Shown piece after piece: positions 9,189 to 25,666 of a stretch of 64,000 nucleotides of DNA. The notes below the pieces were generated by a model. That model did no database searches, was not told where the DNA came from, and worked only from the letters and a program-made list of their open reading frames with translations. Source of the stretch: Escherichia coli O157:H7. GTDB taxonomy: Bacteria > Pseudomonadota > Gammaproteobacteria > Enterobacterales > Enterobacteriaceae. A program made the position numbers and the translations under genes. The DNA lies in NCBI RefSeq assembly GCF_013167455.1, contig NZ_CP038328.1, one strand, 5' to 3'. Every line of letters starts with the position of its first letter. Position 1 is the first letter of the stretch.

Positions 9189-11975
9189 TTAGTGCGCCTG
9201 ATCCCAGTTTTCGCCACTCCCCACTTCCACCAGCAACGGCACATCCAGACGGGTACAGTTTTCCATCAGTTGATGAATCTGCTTCGCAACGGCATCGACA
9301 TCATCTCTATGAACTTCAAATACCAGTTCATCGTGTACCTGCATGATCATACGTACACGCGGTTGCTCAGCCTGTAACCACGCATCAACGGCAATCATCG
9401 CCCGTTTGATAATGTCGGCGGCGGTTCCCTGCATTGGCGCGTTAATGGCTGCACGTTCAGCCGCTGCACGACGAGCACCATTGCTGGATTTGATATCCGG
9501 CAGATACAGACGGCGTCCGTCCAGCGTTTCAACGTAGCCCTGCTCTTTCGCCTGAGCACGGGTGCGTTCCATATACTCCAGCACGCCAGGGTAGCGTTCG
9601 AAGTAAAGGTCCATGTACTTCTGCGCTTCTTTACGTGGAATGTTCAATTGCCGCGCCAGACCGAAAGCACTCATGCCATAAATCAGACCAAAGTTGATCG
9701 CTTTCGCGCTACGGCGTTGCTCGCTGGTGACGGTTTCCAGTGGCAAACCAAACACTTCTGCCGCCGTTGCCCGGTGGATATCTTTTCCTTCCGCGAATGC
9801 GGTCAGCAAGCCTTTGTCACGCGAGAGATGCGCCATAATGCGCAGTTCAATCTGCGAGTAGTCCGCTGAGACAATCACATAATCCTCTGGCGCAATAAAC
9901 GCCTGGCGGATACGACGACCTTCTTCGTTACGCACCGGAATGTTTTGCAGGTTAGGATCGGTTGACGATAAACGTCCCGTTGCAGTTACAGCCTGGTGAT
10001 AAGAGGTATGCACACGCCCGGTTTTCGGGTTGATCATCAGCGGCAGCTTGTCGGTGTAAGTCGATTTCAGCTTCGCCAGACCACGATACTCCAGAATCAC
10101 TTTTGGCAACGGATAGTCCAGCGCCAGTTCTTCCAGTACCTCTTCCGACGTTGACGGCGCGCCACCCGGCGTTTTCTTCAGCGGTTTAATGCCCTGTTTT
10201 TCAAACAGAATGGTTTGTAACTGCTTGGTGGAAGAAAGGTTAAATTCCTCACCTGCAATTTCATGCGCTTTCTTTTCCAGCTCAGCCAGACGAAGGGTGA
10301 GCTCTTCAGAATGATTGTGCAGCACTTTCGGATCGATCTTCACACCGTTACGTTCAATGCGTGAAAGTACTGGCACCAGCGGCATTTCGATATTCTCGAA
10401 GACGTTCAACGGCCCTTTGTGTTTTTGCAGATCCGGCCACATTTTCAGATGCAACTGCAAGGTGACATCAGCATCTTCGGCGGCGTAACGTCCGGCCTCT
10501 TCGAGGGCAATCTGGTTAAAAGTCAGTTGATTTTTGCCTTTACCCGCAATCTCTTCAAAAGTGATGGTTTTGTGCTTCAACCAACGTTCCGCGAGGCTGT
10601 CCATATCGTGACGCCCGGCAACGCTATTGAGAATGTAGGACTCCAGCATGGTATCAAACGCAATCCCACGCAGCTCAATGCCGTAATTCGCCAGAATACC
10701 GCGATCGTATTTCAGGTTTTGCCCGACCTTCAGCGCCTTTTCATCTTCCAGCAGCGGTTTTAGCAACTCGAGTGCACGCTCGCGAGAGATTTGATCGGGC
10801 GCATCAAGATAATCATGAGCAACCGGAATATATGCCGCTACGCCTGGCTCGATAGCAAAAGAAAGCCCGACCAGGTTAGCTGAGATGTTATCAAGGCTGT
10901 CGGTTTCGGTATCAAATGCAAATACCGGCGCTTTTTCCAGCTTCGCAATCCACGCTTTCAGTGTTTCTTCATCAAGGATGGTGACGTAGTTGTCATAAGA
11001 AATCACCGTTGCCGTCACTTCTGGTGCTTCGTCTGCAACACTGGTTTCCTGTGGCTTCGCGGCTGGTTTTGCCCCTTTGGCCTGTAACCATTTGCCCGCT
11101 TCGACATCAGCAGTCCAGCGTTTGAACTCATACTTTTTGAACAGCCCCAACAACTCTTCCGCTGCCGGTTGCTGCACTTCCAGTTGTTCACAGGTCAGCT
11201 CCAGTTCAACGTCGGTTTTAATCGTCGCCAGCTGGTATGAGAGATAAGCAACTTCTTTGTTTTGCTCGAGCTTCGCTGCCATTGTTTTCGCGCCACGGAA
11301 GCTCAACCCAGCAATTTTTTCTGGCTCGGCATACAGCGTATCCAGCCCGCCAAGACCTTGCAGCAATGCCTGCGCGGTTTTTTCACCGACGCCCGGTACG
11401 CCAGGAATGTTATCAGAGGAGTCACCCATCAGCGCCAGGAAATCGATGATCAGTTCTGGCGGCACGCCGTACTTATTCACCACCTCTTCCGGTCCGAGGA
11501 TGGTATTCGTCATGGTGTTGATAAGCGTAATATTTGGCGTCACCAGCTGCGCCATATCTTTATCGCCAGTGCTGATCAGCACCGGACGCCCGGCTTTTTC
11601 GGCTTCGCGCGCCAGAGTACCGATAACGTCGTCCGCTTCTACGCCAGAAACCGCCAGCAGCGGCAGTCCCATCGCTTTAACCATCGCGTGCAAGGGTTCG
11701 ATTTGTGCTCGCAGATCGTCCGGCATTGGCGGGCGATGTGATTTGTAATGTTCAAACAGTTCATCACGAAAGGTTTTTCCCTTGGCGTCAAAGACCACCG
11801 CTGCATGCGTCGGTTTATATTGCATGATCAGACTGCGCAGCATGTTGAGGACACCATACATCGCACCGGTCGGCTCGCCTGCGCTGTTAGTCAGCGGGGG
11901 AAACGCGTGATATGCGCGATAAAGATAAGATGAACCATCTACAAGGATAAGTGGATTTTGGGGGATCTGAACCAT
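9189..11975 (-). CDS. polA: DNA polymerase I
   Basis: 928-aa [45 protein letters not shown]... Confidence 0.97.
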   Translation of the reverse strand: MVQIPQNPLILVDGSSYLYRAYHAFPPLTNSAGEPTGAMYGVLNMLRSLIMQYKPTHAAVVFDAKGKTFRDELFEHYKSHRPPMPDDLRAQIEPLHAMVKAMGLPLLAVSGVEADDVIGTLAREAEKAGRPVLISTGDKDMAQLVTPNITLINTMTNTILGPEEVVNKYGVPPELIIDFLALMGDSSDNIPGVPGVGEKTAQALLQGLGGLDTLYAEPEKIAGLSFRGAKTMAAKLEQNKEVAYLSYQLATIKTDVELELTCEQLEVQQPAAEELLGLFKKYEFKRWTADVEAGKWLQAKGAKPAAKPQETSVADEAPEVTATVISYDNYVTILDEETLKAWIAKLEKAPVFAFDTETDSLDNISANLVGLSFAIEPGVAAYIPVAHDYLDAPDQISRERALELLKPLLEDEKALKVGQNLKYDRGILANYGIELRGIAFDTMLESYILNSVAGRHDMDSLAERWLKHKTITFEEIAGKGKNQLTFNQIALEEAGRYAAEDADVTLQLHLKMWPDLQKHKGPLNVFENIEMPLVPVLSRIERNGVKIDPKVLHNHSEELTLRLAELEKKAHEIAGEEFNLSSTKQLQTILFEKQGIKPLKKTPGGAPSTSEEVLEELALDYPLPKVILEYRGLAKLKSTYTDKLPLMINPKTGRVHTSYHQAVTATGRLSSTDPNLQNIPVRNEEGRRIRQAFIAPEDYVIVSADYSQIELRIMAHLSRDKGLLTAFAEGKDIHRATAAEVFGLPLETVTSEQRRSAKAINFGLIYGMSAFGLARQLNIPRKEAQKYMDLYFERYPGVLEYMERTRAQAKEQGYVETLDGRRLYLPDIKSSNGARRAAAERAAINAPMQGTAADIIKRAMIAVDAWLQAEQPRVRMIMQVHDELVFEVHRDDVDAVAKQIHQLMENCTRLDVPLLVEVGSGENWDQAH

Positions 11976-12338
11976 AATGTCCGTGCCTGTTTATCAGATT
12001 ATGGGTAAAGGATGCCACAGACAGGATAAAAACATGAGTTTTTCACCGCTTTTCGTGAAAATCTTTTGTAGATCTTCTGGATCGCTCGCAAATCGTCATG
12101 TGGATAACTTTGTGCATAAATTATTTACATCGCTTTTAATTTATTATCATGCTTTTTACAGCATGATGTTTGTCTTTGTTTTTCATGCAGTTAAAAATAA
12201 ATCCATCCCTAATAATTGAGATAATGGGATTTTTTCTAATGTGGATAGATATGAATTATTTTTCTCCTTAAGGATCATCCGTTATTTGGGTCGTTTTCTG
12301 CTAAAATCTGCGCCTTGCGCTTCTTTAGCGCACTGTCT

Positions 12339-13271
12339 ATGGCTAACCTTTTGAATAAATTCATTATGACGAGAATACTCGCTGCGATAACCCTTTTGCT
12401 GAGTATCGTATTGACCATTTTGGTCACTATTTTTTGTTCCGTCCCGATCATCATTGCCGGGATTGTAAAACTATTGCTACCTGTGCCAGTCATTTGGCGA
12501 AAGGTTTCGCGTTTTTGTGATTTTATGATGTATTGCTGGTGTGAAGGTCTGGCGGTATTACTGCATCTGAACCCACACCTGCAATGGGAAGTTCACGGGC
12601 TGGAAGGGTTAAGTAAGAAGAACTGGTATCTGCTTATTTGTAACCACCGTAGTTGGGCAGATATTGTCGTACTGTGCGTGCTGTTTCGTAAGCACATTCC
12701 GATGAATAAATATTTCCTCAAGCAACAGCTGGCCTGGGTGCCATTTCTTGGCCTGGCGTGCTGGGCGCTGGATATGCCGTTTATGAAGCGTTATTCCCGC
12801 GCTTATTTATTACGTCATCCGGAGCGACGTGGTAAAGATGTTGAAACCACTCGGCGTTCTTGTGAAAAGTTTCGCCTGCATCCCACCACCATTGTCAATT
12901 TCGTTGAAGGCTCCCGTTTCACGCAAGAAAAACATCAGCAAACCCACTCCACTTTCCAAAACTTGTTGCCACCAAAGGCGGCAGGCATTGCGATGGCGCT
13001 AAATGTACTGGGTAAACAATTCGATAAACTGCTTAATGTTACGTTGTGTTATCCGGACAATAACCGTCAGCCGTTCTTCGATATGTTAAGCGGTAAACTG
13101 ACGCGGATTGTCGTACATGTGGATTTACAGCCTATTGCCGATGAGTTACATGGCGACTACATCAATGACAAAAGCTTTAAGCGCCATTTTCAGCAATGGC
13201 TGAACTCATTGTGGCAGGAAAAAGACCGACTTCTGACGTCGTTGATGTCATCACAGCGGCAGGACAAGTAA
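12339..13271 (+). CDS. yihG: Putative acyltransferase YihG (PlsC family)
   Basis: [24 protein letters not shown]... ; HxxxxD-type acyltransferase region ([10 protein letters not shown]). Confidence 0.88.
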   Translation: MANLLNKFIMTRILAAITLLLSIVLTILVTIFCSVPIIIAGIVKLLLPVPVIWRKVSRFCDFMMYCWCEGLAVLLHLNPHLQWEVHGLEGLSKKNWYLLICNHRSWADIVVLCVLFRKHIPMNKYFLKQQLAWVPFLGLACWALDMPFMKRYSRAYLLRHPERRGKDVETTRRSCEKFRLHPTTIVNFVEGSRFTQEKHQQTHSTFQNLLPPKAAGIAMALNVLGKQFDKLLNVTLCYPDNNRQPFFDMLSGKLTRIVVHVDLQPIADELHGDYINDKSFKRHFQQWLNSLWQEKDRLLTSLMSSQRQDK

Positions 13272-13276
13272 ATTTT

Positions 13277-13304
13277 GCTCGCCTCTGAATGAGCAGAGGC
13301 GAGT
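13277..13304. terminator. Bidirectional stem-loop between convergent yihG and yihF
   Basis: gctcgcctctg-aatgag-cagaggcgag perfect inverted repeat. Confidence 0.6.
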
Positions 13305-13311
13305 GAGTATT

Positions 13312-14742
13312 TTAATGAACAAAACGTCCGGCACGAGACATAAATTCTTCTTCGCTCATCTCCTGTCCGTTAAAAACAACTTTACCCGGTGTATAACGCA
13401 GCTGCAGCGAGGCGGTATTGTTGTCAATCGTGATTAACTGAAACATCTGACCTAATGTCATCATCCCGCTGATTTGTTTATCAGCCTGCTTTTGCGCTTT
13501 TTCCGCATCCATTCCTTCAGATAAATTAAGCTGTTTTGCGGTTTCTGTGACGACATTAAGCGGTAACTTCACATCAAAATTGAGCGATTTGATATCTTTG
13601 TTTGTGGATGATGAAGATTTGGCTGGGTCGGCAATACTGATATCCAGATTGGCATTTAGTTCGCCGAGTGCGTTCTTCCATCTTACCGGTTGTTTAATGG
13701 TCGGCTCACTTTGTTGTAATAACGGTAAATACTCTTTGAACAATGCAGCATTCACTTCTTGCAGAGCAACTTCATCGTTTGCTAATTCAGGGTGTGCAGC
13801 AAGCTGCTTCTGCATCGCAATGTTATACTGGATGATAAATTGGCGCACCGCTGAGGGATCAATAGATTCAGCAATCAATGACCACTCACCACTACCGAGT
13901 TGCTGATTCCCTTTTGTTAACTTATCAAGTTCGTAGGTCAGATTGACATTGATATAATCTTTGTCTTTAACGCGATCCAGCCTGGTTTTTGCAACGAAAG
14001 CATCGATTTGGGCAACGTCTTCCCCGTGATTGATAATGTTAATCTGATTAAATTTCGACTCGCTTTCACCAACCGGAAATTTCTTTTCTTCTAATCGCGC
14101 CAGAGAATCAATGGTAAAACTTTTTGCCGTTACTTTGTTCATTGGTGATAATTGCAGAACAATATCTTCGACTTTGCCTTCAATATCCAGGTTAGACAAT
14201 GAACTACTATCACCATTAAAAGTAAACTGGCCCTCACCAAAAGAAAACTTTCCATACTCTGCAGGGGCAACATCTAATGTCGTAGAGAATGAGCCACCAA
14301 ACGCGAATCGCAATGTCGCTTCCACGGGCGATTTATTTTTCGCGGCGATAAATAGCGGTTGTGTCAGTTCATTATTCACTAAGTTCACTTTTGCCGCTGC
14401 CAGTGCTGGGATGACATTACCATGCATTAACATTGTGATGGGCAACGGACCGTGCTCAACATCCACATCAAATACAACTTTCTGGCCTGGCTTGATATTG
14501 AGATCGGGTGCACCGTTATCGAATGTCATTTGCATTTGAAAACGGGAATTAAAAAAGCCTTTGTCAAAATTTTGATAACTTAACGTCATATCGTAGGCAT
14601 GTTCACCTTTCTTTTTAGCATCGTTAAAATCTTTAATAAATTTTTCGACACCAGGCTGAATTTGCGTACCTGTGTACCATGTGCCACCACCCCAGATTAC
14701 GGCTAACGCAACAATAACACCTGTAGCTGACTTACGTATCAT
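13312..14742 (-). CDS. yihF: DUF945-type protein YihF
   Basis: MIRKSATGVIVALAVIWGGGTWYTG... N-terminal signal anchor; 476 aa from internal ATG. Confidence 0.85.
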   Translation of the reverse strand: MIRKSATGVIVALAVIWGGGTWYTGTQIQPGVEKFIKDFNDAKKKGEHAYDMTLSYQNFDKGFFNSRFQMQMTFDNGAPDLNIKPGQKVVFDVDVEHGPLPITMLMHGNVIPALAAAKVNLVNNELTQPLFIAAKNKSPVEATLRFAFGGSFSTTLDVAPAEYGKFSFGEGQFTFNGDSSSLSNLDIEGKVEDIVLQLSPMNKVTAKSFTIDSLARLEEKKFPVGESESKFNQINIINHGEDVAQIDAFVAKTRLDRVKDKDYINVNLTYELDKLTKGNQQLGSGEWSLIAESIDPSAVRQFIIQYNIAMQKQLAAHPELANDEVALQEVNAALFKEYLPLLQQSEPTIKQPVRWKNALGELNANLDISIADPAKSSSSTNKDIKSLNFDVKLPLNVVTETAKQLNLSEGMDAEKAQKQADKQISGMMTLGQMFQLITIDNNTASLQLRYTPGKVVFNGQEMSEEEFMSRAGRFVH

Positions 14743-14855
14743 ATAAATATTCCCTGATAAAACAGCAAAACTTTGAATATCCACTTATGCTGAAATAATG
14801 TCCAGCGGCAGGATGCATTATCAGAATGTATTTATATTTATTAAATAATAAAAAA

Positions 14856-14878
14856 AGCCCGTGAATATTCACGGGCTT
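14856..14878 (-). terminator. Rho-independent terminator downstream of dsbA
   Basis: gcccgtgaa-tat-tcacgggc hairpin flanked by A/T runs. Confidence 0.7.
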
Positions 14879-14896
14879 TATGTAATTTACATTGAA

Positions 14897-15523
14897 TTAT
14901 TTTTTCTCGGACAGATATTTCACTGTATCAGCATACTGCTGAACAAAAACATCCATATTGCTGGTATCCATACCCTGCGGATTCAGCTGATATTTACCGT
15001 TAACAAACATCGCCGGAACACCACGCAATTGCACGTCAGCTGCAGCTTTTTCCTGCTGAGCGACCAGAGATTTCACCACGAAGCTGTTCCACGCCGCGTC
15101 GTACTCTTCACCTTTAATACCTGCGTTGATAAATACATCGCGGATATCAGATGCTGAACGAATGGTCTGGGTTTTCTGTACGCCTTCAAACAGCGGAACA
15201 GTCACTTTGTCTTCCACGCCCAGCGCCATCGCCACAGCCCATGCCTGAGTCAGATCTTTGCCCAGGTCACCACCCATGAAGTTGACGTGGTATTTAGTCA
15301 TCTTCACGCCTTCCGGCAGTTTTTTCTTCACATTATCAGAAATATGCAGAACTTCTTCAAACTGATAGCAGTGCGGGCAGAAGAAAGAGAAAAACTCCAG
15401 CACTTGCGGCGCGCCAGCTACCGGTTTTTCCAGGGTAGTGTACTGTTTACCATCTTCATACTGCGCCGCCGATGCGCTAAACGCTAAAACTAAACCAGCC
15501 AGCGCCAGCCAAATCTTTTTCAT
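14897..15523 (-). CDS. dsbA: Periplasmic thiol:disulfide oxidoreductase DsbA
   Basis: 208 aa, signal peptide, CPHC active site ([16 protein letters not shown]). Confidence 0.97.
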
Positions 15524-15539
15524 GATCTACTCTCTCCGA

Positions 15540-16526
15540 TTAATACATAGGTGTTAATTGCAAAGGGGGTTCTTGTAGAACTTTTGCCTGTTCTATAAAA
15601 GTCGCCGTCTGTCGTAGCCAGTAATCTTCCCCGGTTAACCACGGGAAATTTTTCGGGAACGCGGGATCAGCCCAACGCCGCATTAGCCAGGCAAGATAAT
15701 AAACCAAACGCATGGCGCGTAAAGGTTCAATCAGTCCGATTTCAGCGGTGTCGAACTCGCTAAATTCTTCATAAGCTTCAATAATAGTTTCCAGTTGCAT
15801 CCGCTGCTCGGCTTTATCGCCATTGAGCAACATCCACAAATCCTGAATAGCTGGACCATTACGTGCATCATCCAGATCAACAAACATTGGACCATCGCGC
15901 CAGAGAATATTCCCGGCGTGGCAGTCTCCATGTAGCCGCAGAACGGTGAAATCTTCCCGCCAGTGTGCTGTAACGGCGGCGATCAGCTCATCTGTCGCTT
16001 TCAGGAATGCCGCTTTCAACCCGGAAGGTATCAGTGTAGCGTCCTCAAACAGCTTGCGTGGCTCAATGAGATATTCATTCAGACCGATGGTCGGGCGATG
16101 GATAAAAAGCTGTTTGCGCCCCGTCTGGTGCATACGCCCTAAATAACGCCCAACCGCTTCCATCTGATCGATATTATCAGCTTCGAACTGGCGACCACCG
16201 ACGCTTGGAAAAACAGCGAAATAAAATCCCTGATGATTCAATAAAGTCTGACCGTTAAAAGCCACAGGTGCTGCAACCGGAACTTCATCATTTACCAGCT
16301 GCAACGCAAATTGATGTTCTTCGAGGATTTGATCGGCTGTCCAACGTTCAGGACGATAAAATTTGACGACAAAACGTCGACGATCTTCGTCCTGAAATTG
16401 ATAGACACGGTTTTCATAGCTGTTAAGCGGGGTAAGACCGGAATCCACCCGGATCCCTTGCTCAAACAGAGCGTCCATGATGGTATCCGGGTGTAGTGTC
16501 TGGAAAGTAAAAGCGCTGTTGTTCAT
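15540..16526 (-). CDS. srkA: Stress response kinase A (YihE)
   Basis: 328-aa ORF MNNSAFTFQTLHPDTIMDALFEQGIRVDSG... Confidence 0.92.
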   Translation of the reverse strand: MNNSAFTFQTLHPDTIMDALFEQGIRVDSGLTPLNSYENRVYQFQDEDRRRFVVKFYRPERWTADQILEEHQFALQLVNDEVPVAAPVAFNGQTLLNHQGFYFAVFPSVGGRQFEADNIDQMEAVGRYLGRMHQTGRKQLFIHRPTIGLNEYLIEPRKLFEDATLIPSGLKAAFLKATDELIAAVTAHWREDFTVLRLHGDCHAGNILWRDGPMFVDLDDARNGPAIQDLWMLLNGDKAEQRMQLETIIEAYEEFSEFDTAEIGLIEPLRAMRLVYYLAWLMRRWADPAFPKNFPWLTGEDYWLRQTATFIEQAKVLQEPPLQLTPMY

Positions 16527-16602
16527 CCCATCATCCGGAAAACATTACGAATGATGAAGGATATCATTTCACGATGATTTTGGTGGCGCCGCTTACAAGC
16601 TT

Positions 16603-16872
16603 TTACTCTTTAATTACGCCGCGAGCGCGTAACAGCGCCGTTTTGAAGTCTTCTTCATAATCTTTCTGCAAACCCGGGATCACCGCATCTTTCGCGGAAT
16701 CACGCATTTTCAGGTGATAGATCAGAATGTCATCCGTCAAATCCGCCAGTTCGCCGTCAAAACCTGACTCTTTCGCCAGTTTCTGCAAAAATTGCAACAG
16801 GTTAAGGTCTGGCTCTTTTTGCCAGGCTGGCTGGAGGAGTTCAATAACTTCATTCAGACGTTTACATTTCAT
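16603..16872 (-). CDS. yihD: DUF1040 protein YihD
   Basis: [33 protein letters not shown]..., 89 aa. Confidence 0.85.
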
Positions 16873-16941
16873 AGTAATGCTCCTTACTCTTGAGACAGAC
16901 ACGTTAGCAGGGTCAATCCCACAATAAAAGAGGCGATATCG

Positions 16942-17526
16942 GTGAATCTGATGACGACGATAACAGGCGTTGTGCTGGCAGGCGGTAAAGCCAGACGAAT
17001 GGGCGGCGTAGATAAAGGATTGCTGGACTTAAATGGCAAACCGCTGTGGCAACATGTCGCTGACGCGCTTATGACGCAGCTCTCTCACGTCGTGGTTAAT
17101 GCTAATCGTCATCAGGAAATCTATCAGGCAGGCGGTCTGAAAGTGATTGAAGATTCACTGGCGGATTACCCAGGCCCTCTGGCAGGGATGCTTTCAGTAA
17201 TGCAGCAGGAAGCTGGTGAGTGGTTTTTGTTTTGTCCGTGCGATACGCCTTACATTCCCCATGATTTAGCCGCCCGGCTTAATCATCAGCGCAAAGATGC
17301 GCCTGTCGTGTGGGTCCATGACGGTGAACGCGATCACCCGACTATTGCTATGGTAAACCGCGCTATTGAGCCTTTATTACTAGAATATCTGCAAGCAGGA
17401 GAACGCCGGGTAATGGCATTTATGCGTCTGGCTGGCGGTCATGCGGTTGATTTCAGCGATCATAAAGATGCATTTGTTAACGTGAATACGCCAGAGGAGC
17501 TTGCCCGATGGCAGGAAAAACGATGA
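16942..17526 (+). CDS. mobA: Molybdenum cofactor guanylyltransferase
   Basis: 194 aa [22 protein letters not shown]..., LAGGxxxRMG motif. Confidence 0.93.
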
Positions 17527-18035
17527 TACCGTTACTCGCCTTTGCCGCGTGGAGTGGTACCGGAAAAACTACGCTTTTGAAAAAACTGATCCCGGCATTA
17601 TGCGCCAGAGGGATCCGTCCAGGGCTGATTAAGCATACGCACCATGATATGGATGTTGATAAGCCAGGCAAAGATAGCTATGAGCTGCGCAAGGCTGGCG
17701 CGGCACAAACCATCGTTGCCAGCCAGCAACGATGGGCCTTGATGACGGAAACACCAGACGAAGAAGAGCTGGATCTACAGTTTCTCGCAAGTCGAATGGA
17801 TACCTCAAAGCTGGATTTGATTCTGGTCGAAGGGTTTAAGCATGAAGAGATCGCAAAGATTGTGCTGTTTCGCGATGGAGCCGGACATCGACCTGAAGAA
17901 TTAGTGATAGACAGGCATGTTATTGCTGTAGCCAGTGATGTGCCGCTTAATCTTGATGTCGCATTACTGGATATTAATGATGTTGAGGGGCTGGCTGATT
18001 TTGTGGTGGAGTGGATGCAAAATCAGGACGGATAA
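17508..18035 (+). CDS. mobB: Molybdopterin-guanine dinucleotide biosynthesis adapter MobB
   Basis: 175 aa with Walker A GTGKTT; overlaps mobA 3' end by 19 nt. Confidence 0.92.
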   Translation: MAGKTMIPLLAFAAWSGTGKTTLLKKLIPALCARGIRPGLIKHTHHDMDVDKPGKDSYELRKAGAAQTIVASQQRWALMTETPDEEELDLQFLASRMDTSKLDLILVEGFKHEEIAKIVLFRDGAGHRPEELVIDRHVIAVASDVPLNLDVALLDINDVEGLADFVVEWMQNQDG

Positions 18036-18095
18036 GCAAGAGTAGGCTGGAGCAGACGCGCCAGCGTCGCATCCGGCATTTTTTTGCACCAACGC

Positions 18096-18123
18096 AAAAA
18101 GGCCATCCGTCAGGATGGCCTTT
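18096..18123 (-). terminator. rrn operon terminator (T1-type)
   Basis: ggccatcc-gtca-ggatggcc hairpin followed by T-run on minus strand, just 3' of 5S rRNA. Confidence 0.75.
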
Positions 18124-18134
18124 CGCTTTATTTG

Positions 18135-18254
18135 ATGCCTGGCAGTTCCCTACTCTCGCATGGGGAGACCCCACACTACCATCGGCGCTACGGCGTTTCA
18201 CTTCTGAGTTCGGCATGGGGTCAGGTGGGACCACCGCGCTAAGGCCGCCAGGCA
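18135..18254 (-). rRNA. rrfA: 5S ribosomal RNA
   Basis: 120-nt match to E. coli 5S (TGCCTGGCGGC...GGAACTGCCAGGCAT) on minus strand. Confidence 0.95.
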
Positions 18255-18346
18255 AATTCTGTTTTATCAGACCGCTTCTGCGTTCTGATTTAATCTGTAT
18301 CAGGCCGAAAATCTTCTCTCATCCGCCAAAACACCTTCGGCGTTGT

Positions 18347-21251
<2,905 letters not shown>

Positions 21252-21434
21252 TCACAACCCGAAGATGTTTCTTTCGATTCATCATCGTGTTGCGAAAATT
21301 TGAGAGACTCACGAACAACTCTCGTTGTTCAGTGTTTCAATTTTCAGCTTGATCCAGATTTTTAAAGAGCAAAACTTCGCAGTGAACCTTTGCAGGTACA
21401 CTCTGAAGTATTTTTTATTTAATCACTACAGAGA

Positions 21435-21510
21435 TGGTGGAGCTATGCGGGATCGAACCGCAGACCTCCTGCGTGCAAAGCAGGCGCTCTCCCAGCTGAG
21501 CTATAGCCCC
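21435..21510 (-). tRNA. alaT: tRNA-Ala (UGC)
   Basis: Reverse complement equals GGGGCTATAGCTCAGCTGGGAGAGCGCCTGCTTTGCACGCAGGAGGTCTGCGGTTCGATCCCGCATAGCTCCACCA. Confidence 0.97.
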
Positions 21511-21552
21511 ATAACATGTAGTTAAAACCTCTTCAAATTTGCCGTGCAAATT

Positions 21553-21629
<77 letters not shown>

Positions 21630-21697
21630 GTAGAGGTTTTACTGCTCATTTTCATCAGACAATCTGTGTGAGCACTGCAAAGTACAGTTCTTTAAGG

Positions 21698-23239
<1,542 letters not shown>

Positions 23240-23362
23240 AAAAGTTTGATGCTCAAAGAATTAAACTTCGTAATGAATTACGTGTTCACTCTTGAGACTT
23301 GGTATTCATTTTTCGTCTTGCGACGTTAAGAATCCGTATCTTCGAGTGCCCACACAGATTGT

Positions 23363-23382
23363 CTGATAAATTGTTAAAGAGC
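23363..23382 (-). promoter_or_regulatory. rrn leader boxA antitermination element
   Basis: Minus strand TGCTCTTTAACAATTTATCA. Confidence 0.8.
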
Positions 23383-23423
23383 AGTTGCGACGCGGCTTTC
23401 AGCTCACTGTCGCGAGGTGGCGT

Positions 23424-23452
23424 ATATTACGCTTTCCCACTACAGAGTCAAG
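23424..23452 (-). promoter_or_regulatory. rrn P2 promoter
   Basis: Minus strand TTGACT-N17-TAATAT. Confidence 0.75.
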
Positions 23453-23543
23453 CATTTATTTTTGCTTTCTCTGCCGGAATTCTCAGGAGAATCCCGCTGA
23501 CCCGGCGGCGTGTTTGCCGTTGTTCCGTGTCAGTGGTGGCGCA

Positions 23544-23570
23544 TTATAGGGAGTTATTCCGGCCTGACAA
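23544..23570 (-). promoter_or_regulatory. rrn P1 promoter
   Basis: Minus strand TTGTCA-N16-TATAAT followed by GC-rich discriminator; AT-rich UP-element-like stretch immediately upstream. Confidence 0.8.
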
Positions 23571-23619
23571 GGGGAAATTTAAAATAATTTTCTGACCGCG
23601 CATTTTTTATTCTTTATGC

Positions 23620-24165
23620 TTATTTCAGCGTCGGTTTGTCGGTTAAATGGGCGATTTCTCGGGCGAAATTCGCCACCTGCTCCCAATCGGTATAGACAAC
23701 TTCTTTGCGCGTATCCGTTTCACCGCCTGACATCTTCATAATCAGCTTGATCATAAAACGGTCGTACCAGCGATAACGTGGGTAACGCAGCGCCCCGGCA
23801 ATGACCGCGCAGCGATCGGGACGCCATTGCGAGTTCATCAGAAACTTCCGCGCGTAGCTGTTGGTCTGTGGAGTGCGCTTCTCCGGTTTACGCGCCACCA
23901 GGTTTACGGAGTAAAACGCGCTCGGCATCGAATTCAGCCGCGTCGCATGCTTTTTGACAAATTCCTGGAACGCAGAGTGGTAGTGACCATAGCGAATAGA
24001 AGCACCAATGACCACACGGTCGTAGTTTTCCCACTGTGGTTCTTCAATGCGGTGCACATTGGCGACATCCGCCTGGATCCCCAGTTCTTTCAGTTCCGAA
24101 GCCAAGTAGGAGGCAATCTCGCGCGTTTGTCCGTCCCTTGTTGAGAAAAGAATTAATGTTTTCAC
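23620..24165 (-). CDS. hemG: Protoporphyrinogen IX dehydrogenase (flavodoxin-like)
   Basis: 181 aa [25 protein letters not shown]... Confidence 0.95.
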   Translation of the reverse strand: MKTLILFSTRDGQTREIASYLASELKELGIQADVANVHRIEEPQWENYDRVVIGASIRYGHYHSAFQEFVKKHATRLNSMPSAFYSVNLVARKPEKRTPQTNSYARKFLMNSQWRPDRCAVIAGALRYPRYRWYDRFMIKLIMKMSGGETDTRKEVVYTDWEQVANFAREIAHLTDKPTLK

Positions 24166-24176
24166 GTATTACTCCA

Positions 24177-25628
24177 TCATTCACGCCAGAAAGTCGGGGT
24201 AAAGAGCACCAGCAATGTAAAGACCTCGAGACGACCAAACAGCATGTTGGCAATCAGGATCCATTTAGCCACCGGGTTCATACTGGTAAAGTTATCAGCA
24301 ACCACGCCAAGCCCTGGCCCCAGGTTATTCAATGTCGCAACAACCGAGGCAAAGGCAGAAAAGTCATCCACGCCCGTGGCGATAATCGCCAGCATACTGA
24401 CAATAAACACCAATGCATAGGCGGAGAAAAATCCCCAAACGGCTTCGAGGATACGTTCCGGCAGTGCGCGATTCCCCAGCTTAATGCTATAGACGGCGTT
24501 CGGATGCACCAGTCGTTTCAGTTCACGGTTCCCCTGCTTAAACAGCAGCAGGATGCGGATCACTTTCAGGCCACCGCCCGTTGACCCGGCACAACCGCCG
24601 ATAAAAGCTGAACATAAAAGCAGTACCGGCAAAAAGAGCGGCCAGCGGGCAATGCTGTCAGTCGTAAACCCGGCGGTTGTCGCCATCGACACCACCTGGA
24701 AAAACGCCTGGTTAATTGTCATCAGCGCCGAACTGTAGACATTATGAAACCACAGTACGAGGGTACAAATAACCACCAGCGTAAACTGTACGCCGATAAA
24801 CATGCGAAATTCCGGATCGCGCCAATAAACCTTCAGACTACGCCCACTTAACAGTGAAAAGTGCAGACCGTAGTTACAGCCGGAGATCAGCAGGAAGATA
24901 GCAATGATAGTGTTAATAGTCGGGCTATCGAAATAACCGATACTGGCATCATGTGTCGAGAAGCCGCCAATAGCGATAGTCGCAAAGCTATGGCCGATGG
25001 CATCAAAGGCATCCATTCCGGCAAACCACAACGCCAGCGCACAGGCGACGGTCAGCAAGACATAAATCAACCACAGGGTTTTCGCCGTTTCCGCAATTCG
25101 CGGGCGCATTTTGTTATCTTTCAGCGGGCCGGGCATTTCTGCGCGATAGAGCTGCATCCCACCCACGCCGAGGATAGGCAGTATCGCAACCGCTAACACG
25201 ATGATCCCCATCCCGCCAAACCATTGCAGCATCTGGCGATAAAAGAGGATGGCATGAGGGAGCGAATCCAGCCCCACCAGCGTAGTGGCCCCGGTGGTGG
25301 TCAGGCCAGAGAAAGATTCAAAAAACGCATCGGTAATCGTGAGGTTCGGGCTTTCCGAGAAGATAAAAGGGAGCGCACCGACACTACCCAGCACGGTCCA
25401 GAACAGCACCACTATCAGAAACCCCTCACGGGATTTCAGTTCGCCCTTCTCTTTGCGGTTCGGCCACCACAGCATAGAGCCAATGGCGAGGGCGACAAAA
25501 AAGGTCTGGGTAAAAGCGCGGCCCGCTCCATCCCGGTAGATGAGTGCTACCAGCCCAGGGATAATCATGGTCCCTGAAAATAAGATGACCAGTAGTCCAA
25601 CGATTCGGGTAATGGCGCGAAAATGCAT
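24177..25628 (-). CDS. trkH: Trk system potassium uptake protein
   Basis: 483 aa polytopic membrane protein MHFRAITRIVGLLVILFSG... Confidence 0.95.
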   Translation of the reverse strand: MHFRAITRIVGLLVILFSGTMIIPGLVALIYRDGAGRAFTQTFFVALAIGSMLWWPNRKEKGELKSREGFLIVVLFWTVLGSVGALPFIFSESPNLTITDAFFESFSGLTTTGATTLVGLDSLPHAILFYRQMLQWFGGMGIIVLAVAILPILGVGGMQLYRAEMPGPLKDNKMRPRIAETAKTLWLIYVLLTVACALALWFAGMDAFDAIGHSFATIAIGGFSTHDASIGYFDSPTINTIIAIFLLISGCNYGLHFSLLSGRSLKVYWRDPEFRMFIGVQFTLVVICTLVLWFHNVYSSALMTINQAFFQVVSMATTAGFTTDSIARWPLFLPVLLLCSAFIGGCAGSTGGGLKVIRILLLFKQGNRELKRLVHPNAVYSIKLGNRALPERILEAVWGFFSAYALVFIVSMLAIIATGVDDFSAFASVVATLNNLGPGLGVVADNFTSMNPVAKWILIANMLFGRLEVFTLLVLFTPTFWRE

Positions 25629-25666
25629 CTCTGCCGCTTCCTTAGTTCTGCAAAACGAAGTGGGGA